Shown: positions 29,695-39,780 of the stretch, piece after piece | Numbering within the stretch: position 1 is the stretch's first letter | How the letters are laid out: each line of letters starts with the position of its first letter | NCBI GenBank assembly: GCA_964371245.1 | Contig: CAYJKP010000001.1 | Location: 379,042 to 443,041, forward strand | Direction of reading: 5' to 3' | DNA from: an uncultured Gammaproteobacteria bacterium | GTDB taxonomy: Bacteria > Patescibacteriota > Patescibacteriia > JAHIZJ01 | Length of the DNA stretch: 64,000 bases | The notes under the pieces: generated by a model | Database searches by the model: none | Told to the model about the DNA's origin: nothing | What the model saw: the letters and a program-made list of their open reading frames with translations, nothing else | Position numbers and translations under genes: made by a program

Positions 29695-32600
29695 ATGAAG
29701 ACTGAAAAATTAGCAAGCCAGCGTTCGTTAAAAAATAAAATATCAAAAGTATTTAATATAGTTGCACAAACGAGCCTGGTTTTTTACTATACGCTCGGGC
29801 CGGCGATGCTATTGGCGCCGCAAAAGGCAGCCGCTGCGACCGTTGGAAATGACGTATCAAAAGTTACAGCCAATACAGCAGTTGTGCCGGCGTCGCTACT
29901 GGCAGATACTGGCTATCAACTGCCGACAGATACTCATTCGCCTAATGAGTGGGGCGAGGGTTCTCTCGGTGATGCCAGCAATGCACTCACGGATAACGGT
30001 CAGTATGCCCAAGACGATGACGAAGGCAATGAGCAAGGTTATCAAGATTTCGGTTTTTCCATTCCAGCGGGCTCTACCATCCGGGGTATCAGTGTCAAAG
30101 CGGAAGCTAAGTCATCGGACGTCAGTGGATGCGTGCTGCAGATGAAACTGTCATGGAATAACGGAAGTAACTACACAAGCAACTGGAAGACAGACGCCCT
30201 GACCGGAACAGATGCGATCCTCGATTTTGGCGGTTCAGCCGATGACTGGGGTCGAAACTGGTCACCGGCAAATTTTACTGATGCAAACTTTGTCGTAAAA
30301 ATGGCCTATGACGATTTAGGTCCAGGAAATACTTGTCAAAGCTCAACAGTATCAGTTGATTATCTTCAGGCAAAGGTTGATTTCATGCCGCCAGCTGTGC
30401 CGCTGCCAAACCCGGTTCTTCCAAGTTCATGCGGCCTCGATATGGGTCTTGTGATCGATAGTTCAGGCAGTATTGACTCGACCGAACTCGGGCAGATGAA
30501 GACGGCGTTCAATGCATTTGTTGACGCCTTTTTACCCGGAACACCGACCCAGATGAGCGTGGTCGAGTTCGATACAAATGTTATTCCGCCAACGCTCGGG
30601 TTCACGGATAATGTTACTAATATAAAAAACCGGATCAACACATCGTCCAGTGGTGGTTATACGAACTGGGAAGATGCGCTAGTTGAATCGCATAGCCTCT
30701 TTCCAAATCGAGCTGCGAAACCAGACTTACTGGTGTTTGCCTCGGATGGGAATCCGAATACGATCGGAACAACGCCGCCGTCGGATGGCGGCGGGGCGAC
30801 CGAAACAGTTGCGGTCAATGCAGCAGTTGCGGCAGCCAATGCCGCGAAGACCGACGGTATTCGAGTACTTGCATTAGGCATTGGTAATGATCTTGATATA
30901 AACAACCTGAAAGCCATTTCCGGAACAAATGTGAATACCGGAATAACGTCTGATGTGATAACTTCGGATTTCGAAACGTTGGCCGAGGATCTGGCGGAAT
31001 ATGCTCATACGCTTTGCGGTGGTAAAATTCTTGTCCAAAAACAATTTGATACGAATGGCGATGGAGTGCCAGAGCTTGATGGTTCAGTGCCCGATCCACT
31101 TCTTAGTGGATGGACGTTTGACGTCAATGGTTCGCCCTCGAATCCCGATGCCCAAACTACAACGAACACCGGATCGCTTGAATTTTCTGTTCAGAACGGA
31201 ACATATTCGGTAATAGAAACAAACCTGAAACCTGACACCGCGCTGTCGAGCGCCCAGTGCGTAAAGGGTACAACGCCAGTCGGTATATACGATCCTATCA
31301 CCCGAACGATATCAGGTTTAACAATGAATACCGATGAGACAATCAGTTGTCGCTTTGTAAATTCTACGACCGTCGGCGCCCTTCGAGTTACCAAGGTAGT
31401 AAATGGCGGACCGGCTGAACCGGATGATTTCGGCTTTCGTATTGTCGGCTGGCAGGGCGAGTATGAATATCCAGCGAGCGGACAAAATTTTGTCGAATTT
31501 GATAATCTTGTAACCGGCCCGTATTCAGTCGAAGAAACAACGGAACCGAACTACGTTCTCAGCTCAGATTGTGAAAACGTCAATGTCACGGCGGGCCAAA
31601 CGACCGAGTGCACGATGACGAATACCTATCACGAGCCCGAACCACTGACGATTGTGGCGCGCAAAATCGTGTGCGACAATGAGTCCGACCTTCCTGACTG
31701 GGGCGTGAACAGCCCGGCCGGGCCTGATGTTACGGCGGCCACTGCCCAGGATTGGATAAACATACATCCTTCTTGCCATTTCGCGTCAGACTGGCGGTTT
31801 CAATGGTCGTATGACGGCGTTCAGAATCCCGGCGATAACACGGGCGAATCAAGCTCGCCGGATTGGCATACCTTTGGACCGACTGATGATACCGGCCTGG
31901 CTTCAACAACGATCAGCGATTTGCAAGGCACGCCAAAAATCTGGGTGCGTGAAGCCTGGCAAAGTGAGTATATCCCGTTTGCCTCGGTCATTAACACGAA
32001 CGAACCGCAGTATAGCGCTGAGTTTTATTGCCATACCGACGTGCTGAACTTCGACAACTGGGAATGGATCGGCAATCCCGAGCTTGAACACACCTATTAT
32101 TGCATAGCGTTTAACGTTCGACAGACCGGCGAGGTGACGTTTGAGAAGCAGGTCGTCGGCGAAGGTGATCCGAATGATTGGACGTTTACCGTTAATGGAC
32201 ACACCTACGCGAACGGCGAAACAGTAAGTTTGCCGACCGGCGTATATACCGTGATTGAAAATGGCCCTGATGGGTATACAAATACCGGCGTTGCAGGCAT
32301 TTGCTCCCAAGACGCCACTCGGGCGAGCGCTGTTGGCGCCAGGATGAATGTGACCACCGAAGGCGGTACCTGCACGTTTATCAATGAACAGGATACCGGA
32401 ACAATTGTTGTTCATAAAAATGTTCTCGATCCCGAGAATAACGAAACGGCAGACAATCATACATTTGCGGTTCAGGTTGACGGAGCTGACCAGAAATCAG
32501 TCAGCGAATCGACCAATGCTACCTATGACAATGTTCCGGTGGGCGAATATGTGATCACCGAAGTACCGGACGGAGATTATGACCTGGTATCAATCACGAA

Positions 32601-34944
32601 CAACGGCTATATCAAAGTGAAGAGCGGACAGACTACAGACGTCTATGTGGTGAACAAGCAGAAATATGCCCACCTGACCGTCTTCAAAGACGTTCTCACT
32701 TGGGATAAACAGCCAGTTGATGACAACACCGTATTTACCGCGCACGTCGTTGATGAAAATCAAGGGTTTGATAAACAGATAGAGATTTCTGAGAATGCCC
32801 CTGTTCAACTCGATCAGCTTATTCCAGGCACGTATAAAATCAGCGAAATCGTTGATGAGAACTATTACCTGTTGAATGGGTATGAACCGTCGGACATAGT
32901 CACGCTGGGTTCAAACGGAAAAGCCGAGGTGACTGTATATAACCTCCAGAACCATCATGAAGTCACGCTTGAAAAGACCGACGAACCCGATGCGGTCCAA
33001 GCTGGCGGTTTGCTCACCTACACGTTGAATTGGGAAAATACCGGTACCGCGCCCGTCAACGGATTAACCATTACAGACACTGTGCCGACAGATACTACCT
33101 ATAGTATCTGTACCGGCGGCGAAACCTGCGGTGTGTCGGGCGGAATCGTAACTTGGGATCTCGGCACGCAATACCCGGGCGCGAAAGGCAGTGTTACGCT
33201 CACGGTACTGGTCAATACGCCATTGCGCGACGGCACAATAATTTATAACAACGAAGCCTCGATATTCTCGAAAGAAACGAAACCAGTATATGCTTCAGCA
33301 GAAACAACGGTAAAGTCTGACTTCAATGTAATTCTGACGAAATCAGCCATCGATCTAACTAATCCCGGAACGAAAATCGACTATACCCTGAACTGGTCGG
33401 TCAGCGGTAATTCACCGATCGACAGCCTCGAGATCACTGATCCGATTCCAACCAATACCACATTCGTGGCAGCTTCTGACAGCGGGACTGAAGCCGGCGG
33501 AACAGTAACGTGGGATTTGGGCGTGCATAATCCCGGCGATAGCGGTTTCGTTACGGTGACCGTTCAGGCTGCCTGGCCATTGGCCGATGGGACGGAGATC
33601 ATGAATACCGCCAGATTCTGCGGCCAGGCTGAAAGTTCGGATACACCTGAATTCGCGAAACTGAGCGATGACCAGAATGTCATCGAACACTGCACGACCG
33701 CTGACAAAACAACCACCATCACGTCGTCACCGATATTAACCGTGGTTAAATCAGACACACCGGACCCGGTACTCGCTGGTAGCGAGTTAACGTATGAAAT
33801 TGCCTGGTCAGTCAGCGGCAACAGTCCGGCGACAAATGTCGTGATAACGGATGTCTTACCAGCTGATACAACCTTTGTTTCAGCTGATAGTGGTAGCTAT
33901 GATGTTGCCACTCGGACGGTAACCTGGGCACTGGGAAATAAAGTACCGCCAGATTCCGGCACAGTCATGTTAAAAGTTACTGTGGCTGGAACCGTGCTTG
34001 ACGGTACGAATATCGCAAATACCGTAACCATAGATAGCACAGAAAACGTTCCGGTGACAGACAGCGAAAATACGTTGGTCACAAATGTTCCAATCCTCAC
34101 CCTGACCAAAACCGTTGACGCGACCAAGGCCGTGAATCCGGGCGATGAAGTAAACTACACGGTTACGGTGAAAAATACTGGATACGCGACTGCCAAGAAT
34201 CTCGCTTTGAACGATGTCATGCCAACTGAGCTGTATTACTCAGATGTTCTCGGCTCAAGCCGGACGTTCGTCTCAGGCGGCGACCTGGCGATCGGCGATA
34301 CGCTGACCTTCACCTATCCGGTGACCGTTAAAACCGGCACCGCCGATGGTGATTACGTCAATACGGCGACGCTGACTGCGGATAACTATAAGACCTTGAC
34401 CGCTCAGGCGACAATTGCGGTTACACAGGGAACGGTGAAAGGTGAGACAGCCGTGCCGAAACTGGTGATCGAGAAATCGGTCGATGTATCATTTGCGAAT
34501 CCGGGCGATACGGTAACCTACACCGTGAAGATTTCGAACACCGGCGAAGCGCCAGCCGATCAATTGGTATTAGGCGACATTCTCCCAGCCGGATTCAGTT
34601 TCGTCGAAACCGGCGGTACGACCCGGAGTTGGGATCTCGGCACGCTCGCGCAAGGGAAGAGCGTCACGGTAACCTATGAGGTGGATATCGCAACATCGGT
34701 TGCAGCCGGAACATACGATAATATCGCCACGGCCAGCGCTGACAATGCCGACCCGGTTACAGCCAAGAAAAAACTCGAGGTGAAATCAGTCGAAGTAAAA
34801 GGCGCGGAAGCCGGTCCGGAATTGCCTCAGACAGGCGCCGGCTTGATGGACTACATCATCTTCGGTAGCGCCTTGATAACACTGGCCGGCTCGGCTCTTG
34901 GTCTTCGGCGCAGTGTTCGAGCCACAAAAGTAAAACGGTCATAA
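29695..34944 (+). CDS. giant cell-surface protein: signal peptide, vWA (MIDAS) domain, multiple DUF11/Ig-like repeats, C-terminal LPXTG sortase signal
   Basis: MIDAS DSSGS...SDGNPN. More than 10 repeats with the T(I/V)TDxxPxxTT(F/Y)...GxVTWxLG DUF11 signature. C-terminus LPQTG, then a hydrophobic stretch and RRSVRATKVKRS. Confidence 0.9.
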   Translation: MKTEKLASQRSLKNKISKVFNIVAQTSLVFYYTLGPAMLLAPQKAAAATVGNDVSKVTANTAVVPASLLADTGYQLPTDTHSPNEWGEGSLGDASNALTDNGQYAQDDDEGNEQGYQDFGFSIPAGSTIRGISVKAEAKSSDVSGCVLQMKLSWNNGSNYTSNWKTDALTGTDAILDFGGSADDWGRNWSPANFTDANFVVKMAYDDLGPGNTCQSSTVSVDYLQAKVDFMPPAVPLPNPVLPSSCGLDMGLVIDSSGSIDSTELGQMKTAFNAFVDAFLPGTPTQMSVVEFDTNVIPPTLGFTDNVTNIKNRINTSSSGGYTNWEDALVESHSLFPNRAAKPDLLVFASDGNPNTIGTTPPSDGGGATETVAVNAAVAAANAAKTDGIRVLALGIGNDLDINNLKAISGTNVNTGITSDVITSDFETLAEDLAEYAHTLCGGKILVQKQFDTNGDGVPELDGSVPDPLLSGWTFDVNGSPSNPDAQTTTNTGSLEFSVQNGTYSVIETNLKPDTALSSAQCVKGTTPVGIYDPITRTISGLTMNTDETISCRFVNSTTVGALRVTKVVNGGPAEPDDFGFRIVGWQGEYEYPASGQNFVEFDNLVTGPYSVEETTEPNYVLSSDCENVNVTAGQTTECTMTNTYHEPEPLTIVARKIVCDNESDLPDWGVNSPAGPDVTAATAQDWINIHPSCHFASDWRFQWSYDGVQNPGDNTGESSSPDWHTFGPTDDTGLASTTISDLQGTPKIWVREAWQSEYIPFASVINTNEPQYSAEFYCHTDVLNFDNWEWIGNPELEHTYYCIAFNVRQTGEVTFEKQVVGEGDPNDWTFTVNGHTYANGETVSLPTGVYTVIENGPDGYTNTGVAGICSQDATRASAVGARMNVTTEGGTCTFINEQDTGTIVVHKNVLDPENNETADNHTFAVQVDGADQKSVSESTNATYDNVPVGEYVITEVPDGDYDLVSITNNGYIKVKSGQTTDVYVVNKQKYAHLTVFKDVLTWDKQPVDDNTVFTAHVVDENQGFDKQIEISENAPVQLDQLIPGTYKISEIVDENYYLLNGYEPSDIVTLGSNGKAEVTVYNLQNHHEVTLEKTDEPDAVQAGGLLTYTLNWENTGTAPVNGLTITDTVPTDTTYSICTGGETCGVSGGIVTWDLGTQYPGAKGSVTLTVLVNTPLRDGTIIYNNEASIFSKETKPVYASAETTVKSDFNVILTKSAIDLTNPGTKIDYTLNWSVSGNSPIDSLEITDPIPTNTTFVAASDSGTEAGGTVTWDLGVHNPGDSGFVTVTVQAAWPLADGTEIMNTARFCGQAESSDTPEFAKLSDDQNVIEHCTTADKTTTITSSPILTVVKSDTPDPVLAGSELTYEIAWSVSGNSPATNVVITDVLPADTTFVSADSGSYDVATRTVTWALGNKVPPDSGTVMLKVTVAGTVLDGTNIANTVTIDSTENVPVTDSENTLVTNVPILTLTKTVDATKAVNPGDEVNYTVTVKNTGYATAKNLALNDVMPTELYYSDVLGSSRTFVSGGDLAIGDTLTFTYPVTVKTGTADGDYVNTATLTADNYKTLTAQATIAVTQGTVKGETAVPKLVIEKSVDVSFANPGDTVTYTVKISNTGEAPADQLVLGDILPAGFSFVETGGTTRSWDLGTLAQGKSVTVTYEVDIATSVAAGTYDNIATASADNADPVTAKKKLEVKSVEVKGAEAGPELPQTGAGLMDYIIFGSALITLAGSALGLRRSVRATKVKRS

Positions 34945-34953
34945 TACGACTGC

Positions 34954-35532
34954 ATGTCGGATAATACGAAGCGGCTGGTTTCTTCACGAGCCAGCCGCCT
35001 TCTGAAAATAGTATTTATCGTTCTGGCCGTTCTCGCGGCTGTGGTTGTAATTTATCCGTTATATCCGGCCGTTCAGTACCAGGTTGGTTGGGTGCGCCGA
35101 GCGGATCGTTTGCCCTCACTGCAAAATTCCGAGCCACCTGCAGAGAATCGGCTCGTCATACCGAAGATCGGGGTGGATACGCAGATAGTTGAGGGTAAGA
35201 CCGAAGCAACGCTGTATAAGGGCGTTTGGCGCGTTCCAAGCGGTTCTACGCCGGATGTTGGGAGCAATACCGTCTTGACAGGCCATCGTTTTCAGTACCG
35301 GCCGCCGAATAACACAACCTTTTATTTGCTGGATAAGTTGACGGTCGGGGATGAAGTGATTGTCTTTTGGAACCAAGTAAAGTATCAATACAAAGTTACG
35401 GAAACGAAAGTCGTCGCGAATAACGACTTCTCGATCCAATCAGCCACGAGCGATCCACGGCTCACGCTCTACACCTGCACGCCGTTATTCTCAACCACGA
35501 AACGACTGGTTGTGATCGCGTCGCCGATATAA
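34954..35532 (+). CDS. sortase (class E/D-like transpeptidase)
   Basis: N-terminal TM anchor, catalytic His in LTGHR, Cys in TLYTCTP (TLXTC motif) and a conserved Arg. Confidence 0.85.
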   Translation: MSDNTKRLVSSRASRLLKIVFIVLAVLAAVVVIYPLYPAVQYQVGWVRRADRLPSLQNSEPPAENRLVIPKIGVDTQIVEGKTEATLYKGVWRVPSGSTPDVGSNTVLTGHRFQYRPPNNTTFYLLDKLTVGDEVIVFWNQVKYQYKVTETKVVANNDFSIQSATSDPRLTLYTCTPLFSTTKRLVVIASPI

Positions 35533-35639
35533 CAATACGGCACTCCCTGATCAAGCATGCTGTTATTCGCTCTTATCCCTTAGAGGCAAGTGGGTTGACG
35601 ATAATATAGAATGTGTTTAAATGACAGTATATAAGGAAC

Positions 35640-36050
35640 ATGGATAATACTGAAAAATATCTAAGTTTTGAAGAAACCTGCGGAAAGCCCCTCAAGTCAT
35701 ATTTTGCGATAGATGGCGAAAAACGCAATGTAGAAATATGTACGAAAAAAAAGGCCGTACATAACAGTTCTCACCCGCTCGAAGAAAGTCCAACTGTTTT
35801 TTATAATTTAAAAAATGTACTTTTATATCCTGATTATACTAGAACTTCAAAATCAAAGAATTCTTTATCAAAAAAACATATAGAAACCGCCAAAGAGGTA
35901 AAAGAATACACAAAAAAGAATTTTATTGAAAAGTTAAATCTACCTGGTGGATATGAACGAGGTGATGCGACGCTTATAGTTAAATATGGTGATAAAGATA
36001 CTGGTAAGAATTATACCTTGACTTACAGGATTAATTCTCCATCATCATGA
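35640..36050 (+). CDS. hypothetical protein (AT-rich cassette gene 1)
   Basis: 136-aa Lys/Tyr/Asn-rich ORF in a ~32% GC segment. Confidence 0.5.
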   Translation: MDNTEKYLSFEETCGKPLKSYFAIDGEKRNVEICTKKKAVHNSSHPLEESPTVFYNLKNVLLYPDYTRTSKSKNSLSKKHIETAKEVKEYTKKNFIEKLNLPGGYERGDATLIVKYGDKDTGKNYTLTYRINSPSS

Positions 36051-36319
36051 AATACCCTAATTTTAATGATTGGTTCATTTCATATGATCCTTATACAGAC
36101 TTTTTTCAAATGTATGACGAGAGTATTTTAAAGAGTTATAAGGAAGACTTGGTGTTGAAAAAAAATGGTCATGCAAGACTATATTTTAGCAAAAGATCTC
36201 CCAAGCTGTTATTGATAGAGGTCGATGGGGTATATGATAAATTTAAAAAAGATATAAACAGTATGACAAAAAAGCAGGTTGTCGGTTTGATAAAACCATT
36301 AATTAATTCATTTATTTAA
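36047..36319 (+). CDS. hypothetical protein (AT-rich cassette gene 2)
   Basis: ATGA start/stop overlap with gene 1 suggests translational coupling. Confidence 0.5.
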   Translation: MKYPNFNDWFISYDPYTDFFQMYDESILKSYKEDLVLKKNGHARLYFSKRSPKLLLIEVDGVYDKFKKDINSMTKKQVVGLIKPLINSFI

Positions 36320-36323
36320 TTTT

Positions 36324-36587
36324 ATGGCAGAAAATCAGCAACAAAAAATTACAATTATTAGCAAGCCCATTGGAATAGCATCAGATGGCAACGCAATAAA
36401 TGTACAAGAAAATGGAAATGTTGAATTAATATTTTTCCAAATTGTTCAGAAACTAGAACATGAGCTTCAGGTACAGGGAGTTGCAAATATTCGAATGAAT
36501 ATTGGTCAATTAGAGCAATTTATGCGTATATGTAATCAGGCCATTTCTGAATATAAGAAAAAACAGGAAGATAAAAAAAGTGCATAA
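36324..36587 (+). CDS. hypothetical protein (AT-rich cassette gene 3)
   Basis: Starts 4 nt after gene 2. Acidic/helical C-terminus. Confidence 0.5.
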   Translation: MAENQQQKITIISKPIGIASDGNAINVQENGNVELIFFQIVQKLEHELQVQGVANIRMNIGQLEQFMRICNQAISEYKKKQEDKKSA

Positions 36588-36695
36588 ATTCTATAATCTT
36601 CTCGACAATGCTATCCAATCACTCGCATTAGTAAAAGCTGGAAAATCTGTCCGTTCCGGTGGTTATACAAATTAAGAAAGTTTTTATGAATTATT

Positions 36696-36724
36696 ACGAC
36701 GGCAATATAGGTGCCGTCGTTTTA
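36696..36724 (+). terminator. hairpin terminator after the AT-rich cassette
   Basis: ACGACGGCA-atatagg-TGCCGTCGT followed by TTT. Confidence 0.5.
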
Positions 36725-36790
36725 GCATTGACAAAAAGACAAATTTATAGTATCCTTTACTGTTGAGCAATTACTTTGTACAATACAGGT

Positions 36791-38269
36791 ATGGCCGAGA
36801 AATTGTATAAAAATATCCAGCTGATCCACGAACGCGGGTCGCAGTATTTCAAGCACTACTTCATCCCGCACGACGGCAATCGGCATCAGCCCGGGATTCT
36901 CCACCCGAATCTTTTGCGTGCCTACAGCGTGATTGTCATTGCGGTGAAAATATTTCTCACCGGTTTTTTGTTTCTGTCATATCCCAGCCCGGGCGAATTC
37001 GCGTCAGTCACGGCCAGCCAGATTATCGAATTGACCAATGTTGAACGGAAAAACAGCGGTTTAGTGGCCTTACAGAGCAATGGCAAGCTCGCCCAGGCGG
37101 CGGCCCGAAAAGCGCAAGACATGATTGACCGCGGCTATTTTGACCATACCGGACCGGACGGCTCGCGGCCATGGACGTGGATTTCAAAGGCCGGCTATAG
37201 CTATCTCTATGCCGGCGAAAACTTGGCCAAGGATTTTTCCAGCGCCAAGAGCACGATGAACGCGTTGATGAACAGCGCCAGCCACCGGAAAAATATCCTG
37301 AACGATAAATACAAAGACATCGGCGTCGCGGTCGTAAACGGTAATTTTCAAGGCAAGGATACGATGATTATGGTTCAGTTCTTCGGTTCGGTCGTCGAAA
37401 CCGCGCCGGTCAAGGCGATCGCGCAGCCGTCGAATCCGACCACTCAGCCAAGCCAACCGAGTGCACCGCCTCAGACGAACCAAACTTCTCCGCCAGCACC
37501 CAAACCCGCTGAAACGTATATCGCGTCATATGTCACGCAGAGCGCGGAATCAATCGAGCTCGCCAGCGGCGTGGCAACGTCAATTTGGGCGGAATTTAAA
37601 AATACCGGCACAGCCACCTGGCGAAATACCGGCGACCATTTTATTGCCGTCAACGTTACGAATCCAGCCGGGCGATCAAGCCCATTTACTACCAAAGACT
37701 GGGTCGAGCCATACCGTCCGCTGATCATGAAATCGGCCGAGGTGAAGCCCCAGCAAGCCGAACGTTTTGAATTTACCGTGCAGGCGCCGACGAAGCCCGG
37801 GAAGTATTCGGAAAGTTTCGCCCTGGTGGCTGAAAACCTTGCCTGGATCGACGGTGGCGTCTTTACCATGCCGATTACCGTGATCGCGCCGCCCGACTCG
37901 AAACCGGCCGCAACCACGCCGCCAACAAAACCCATAACCAAACCCAGCACGCCAACTGAGCCGGCCACTGTTGTTTCCAACGACGTTCCAACAGCCGTGA
38001 GTCCGATTGCGATATCATTTACCCAGACGGCTACGACCGTAAAAAATACCAGCTCAACCGACCGGGTCATATCGTATACGCAGATATTCTTCCTGGTGCT
38101 GGTCGCGTTCCTGGTGCTTGCCCTCTTGCTGAATGTTTTCATTAAGATCCGCGTCCAGCATGTTCCGACAATCCTGCGGACGCTGTTGGTCATTATCTTG
38201 GCAGTGCTCGTCTATGCGACGCGTTTCCATTTCCTTGAGTCGCTTGGCAAATATATAAATATCTTCTAA
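36791..38269 (+). CDS. CAP/SCP-domain protein with N-terminal TM, Pro/Thr-rich linker, Ig-like module and C-terminal TM
   Basis: GYFDHTGPDG...GENLA...SASHRKNIL CAP motifs. Confidence 0.7.
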   Translation: MAEKLYKNIQLIHERGSQYFKHYFIPHDGNRHQPGILHPNLLRAYSVIVIAVKIFLTGFLFLSYPSPGEFASVTASQIIELTNVERKNSGLVALQSNGKLAQAAARKAQDMIDRGYFDHTGPDGSRPWTWISKAGYSYLYAGENLAKDFSSAKSTMNALMNSASHRKNILNDKYKDIGVAVVNGNFQGKDTMIMVQFFGSVVETAPVKAIAQPSNPTTQPSQPSAPPQTNQTSPPAPKPAETYIASYVTQSAESIELASGVATSIWAEFKNTGTATWRNTGDHFIAVNVTNPAGRSSPFTTKDWVEPYRPLIMKSAEVKPQQAERFEFTVQAPTKPGKYSESFALVAENLAWIDGGVFTMPITVIAPPDSKPAATTPPTKPITKPSTPTEPATVVSNDVPTAVSPIAISFTQTATTVKNTSSTDRVISYTQIFFLVLVAFLVLALLLNVFIKIRVQHVPTILRTLLVIILAVLVYATRFHFLESLGKYINIF

Positions 38270-38307
38270 ACTGAAAAAAAGCGGCAGGTGAGACCGACGC
38301 GGTTTGT

Positions 38308-39780
38308 GTGTTGCATAAATCCCAGATAACCAGCCTTTGTTTCATTGGTTTATTGACGGGCGTATTGGTGCGCTCGTTTTATAGTTGGCCGCAAAGCCTG
38401 ACGCTGGTTGTGGCCAGCTTGTCGTTTGCCATTATTTTATTGAAAAGTCGATATGGCCTGGCCGCGATGGTGTTTATAATTGCGGCAAGTTTTGGCGCAA
38501 CCTATTATGCGTACCGATTGCCGTCGTCATCGCCCGGCAATATTGAATATTACAATGATTCCAAGGTTGAAATTATCGGACGTGTTCAAACCGAGGTGGA
38601 CCGTCGGACGACCGGGCAGACAATCGTTTTATCTGTTACCAACGCTCTGGCACCGGTACATCGGGAAATGCGGGGGAGGGTATTGCTCAAACTGCCGCTC
38701 TATCCAGAAATAGCGTATGGCGAAATCATGCGCGTAACGTGTCAATTGGAGAAACCCGAGCCGTTCAACGATTTTGCCTATGACCGGTATTTAGCGGTGG
38801 CGCATATTTATACCATCTGCAATTGGCCGAAAATTATCGAGCGACGTTCTCAGAACGAAATCTCATTTAGCGGAACCGTCCTCGCAGTAAAAAAGAAATT
38901 CCTCAATCGTTTAAACGCTATCATGCCCGAACCGCAGGCTTCGCTGTTGGCCGGTTTACTTGTTGGGTCGCGTCAGGGAATACCAGACGATATTAATGAG
39001 GATTTTAAGCGCACCGGGCTATCACATATTATTGCCATCTCCGGCTATAACATCACGATCATTGCGACCTGTATTCTAGGCATGACCAAGAGGCTGATTG
39101 GGCGAAAGAGAAGCTTCTGGTTTGTTGTCGGTGTGCTTGGCGTTTTTGTCATCCTCACCGGTGCTCAGGCATCTGTTGTCCGGGCAGCCGTTATGGGCAT
39201 AACTGTATTATTATCTCGTTACCTCGGCCGACAGACCGACCTCAGTGTCATTATTCTGTTGGCAGCGGGGGTAATGGTGTTGATTAACCCGCTGGTGTTA
39301 GCGTTTGACATTGGGTTTCAGCTGTCATTTTTGGCGACGATCGGACTTGTCTATCTAAGTCAAAAAATGGATCGGTTTTTCGGCTGGGTGCCCGAATCTT
39401 TTTCAATGCGCGAATCAGTTCGCTCAACGCTCTCTGCCACAATTATGACGTTGCCATTGCTGATTTATTATTTCGGACGCGTCTCTATAATCTCGCCGCT
39501 GGCCAATTGTATAATATTGCCGATCATTCCATTGGTGATGGCGACTGGGTTTATTGCGGTTGTCGTGGGTCTGATCTGGAACCAACTGGGTCTGTGGCTG
39601 AGCGTCTTTCCCTGGTTTGGACTTGACTATATGATCCGGGCTATCCGACTCCTGGCTCAATTTCGGTATGCCTCAATGGAAAGCATTCAAATACCACCGA
39701 GCATGGTTTGGTTTGCCTACGGATTTATAATCATCGGAGCGTTACTCAAGTGCTTTCGAACGAAAAATAAACGAATATGA
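38308..39780 (+). CDS. comEC: DNA internalization channel ComEC/Rec2 (DUF4131 + competence membrane domain only)
   Basis: N-terminal DUF4131-like OB region, then a polytopic competence domain (GLSHIIAISGYNITII). Confidence 0.8.
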   Translation: MLHKSQITSLCFIGLLTGVLVRSFYSWPQSLTLVVASLSFAIILLKSRYGLAAMVFIIAASFGATYYAYRLPSSSPGNIEYYNDSKVEIIGRVQTEVDRRTTGQTIVLSVTNALAPVHREMRGRVLLKLPLYPEIAYGEIMRVTCQLEKPEPFNDFAYDRYLAVAHIYTICNWPKIIERRSQNEISFSGTVLAVKKKFLNRLNAIMPEPQASLLAGLLVGSRQGIPDDINEDFKRTGLSHIIAISGYNITIIATCILGMTKRLIGRKRSFWFVVGVLGVFVILTGAQASVVRAAVMGITVLLSRYLGRQTDLSVIILLAAGVMVLINPLVLAFDIGFQLSFLATIGLVYLSQKMDRFFGWVPESFSMRESVRSTLSATIMTLPLLIYYFGRVSIISPLANCIILPIIPLVMATGFIAVVVGLIWNQLGLWLSVFPWFGLDYMIRAIRLLAQFRYASMESIQIPPSMVWFAYGFIIIGALLKCFRTKNKRI

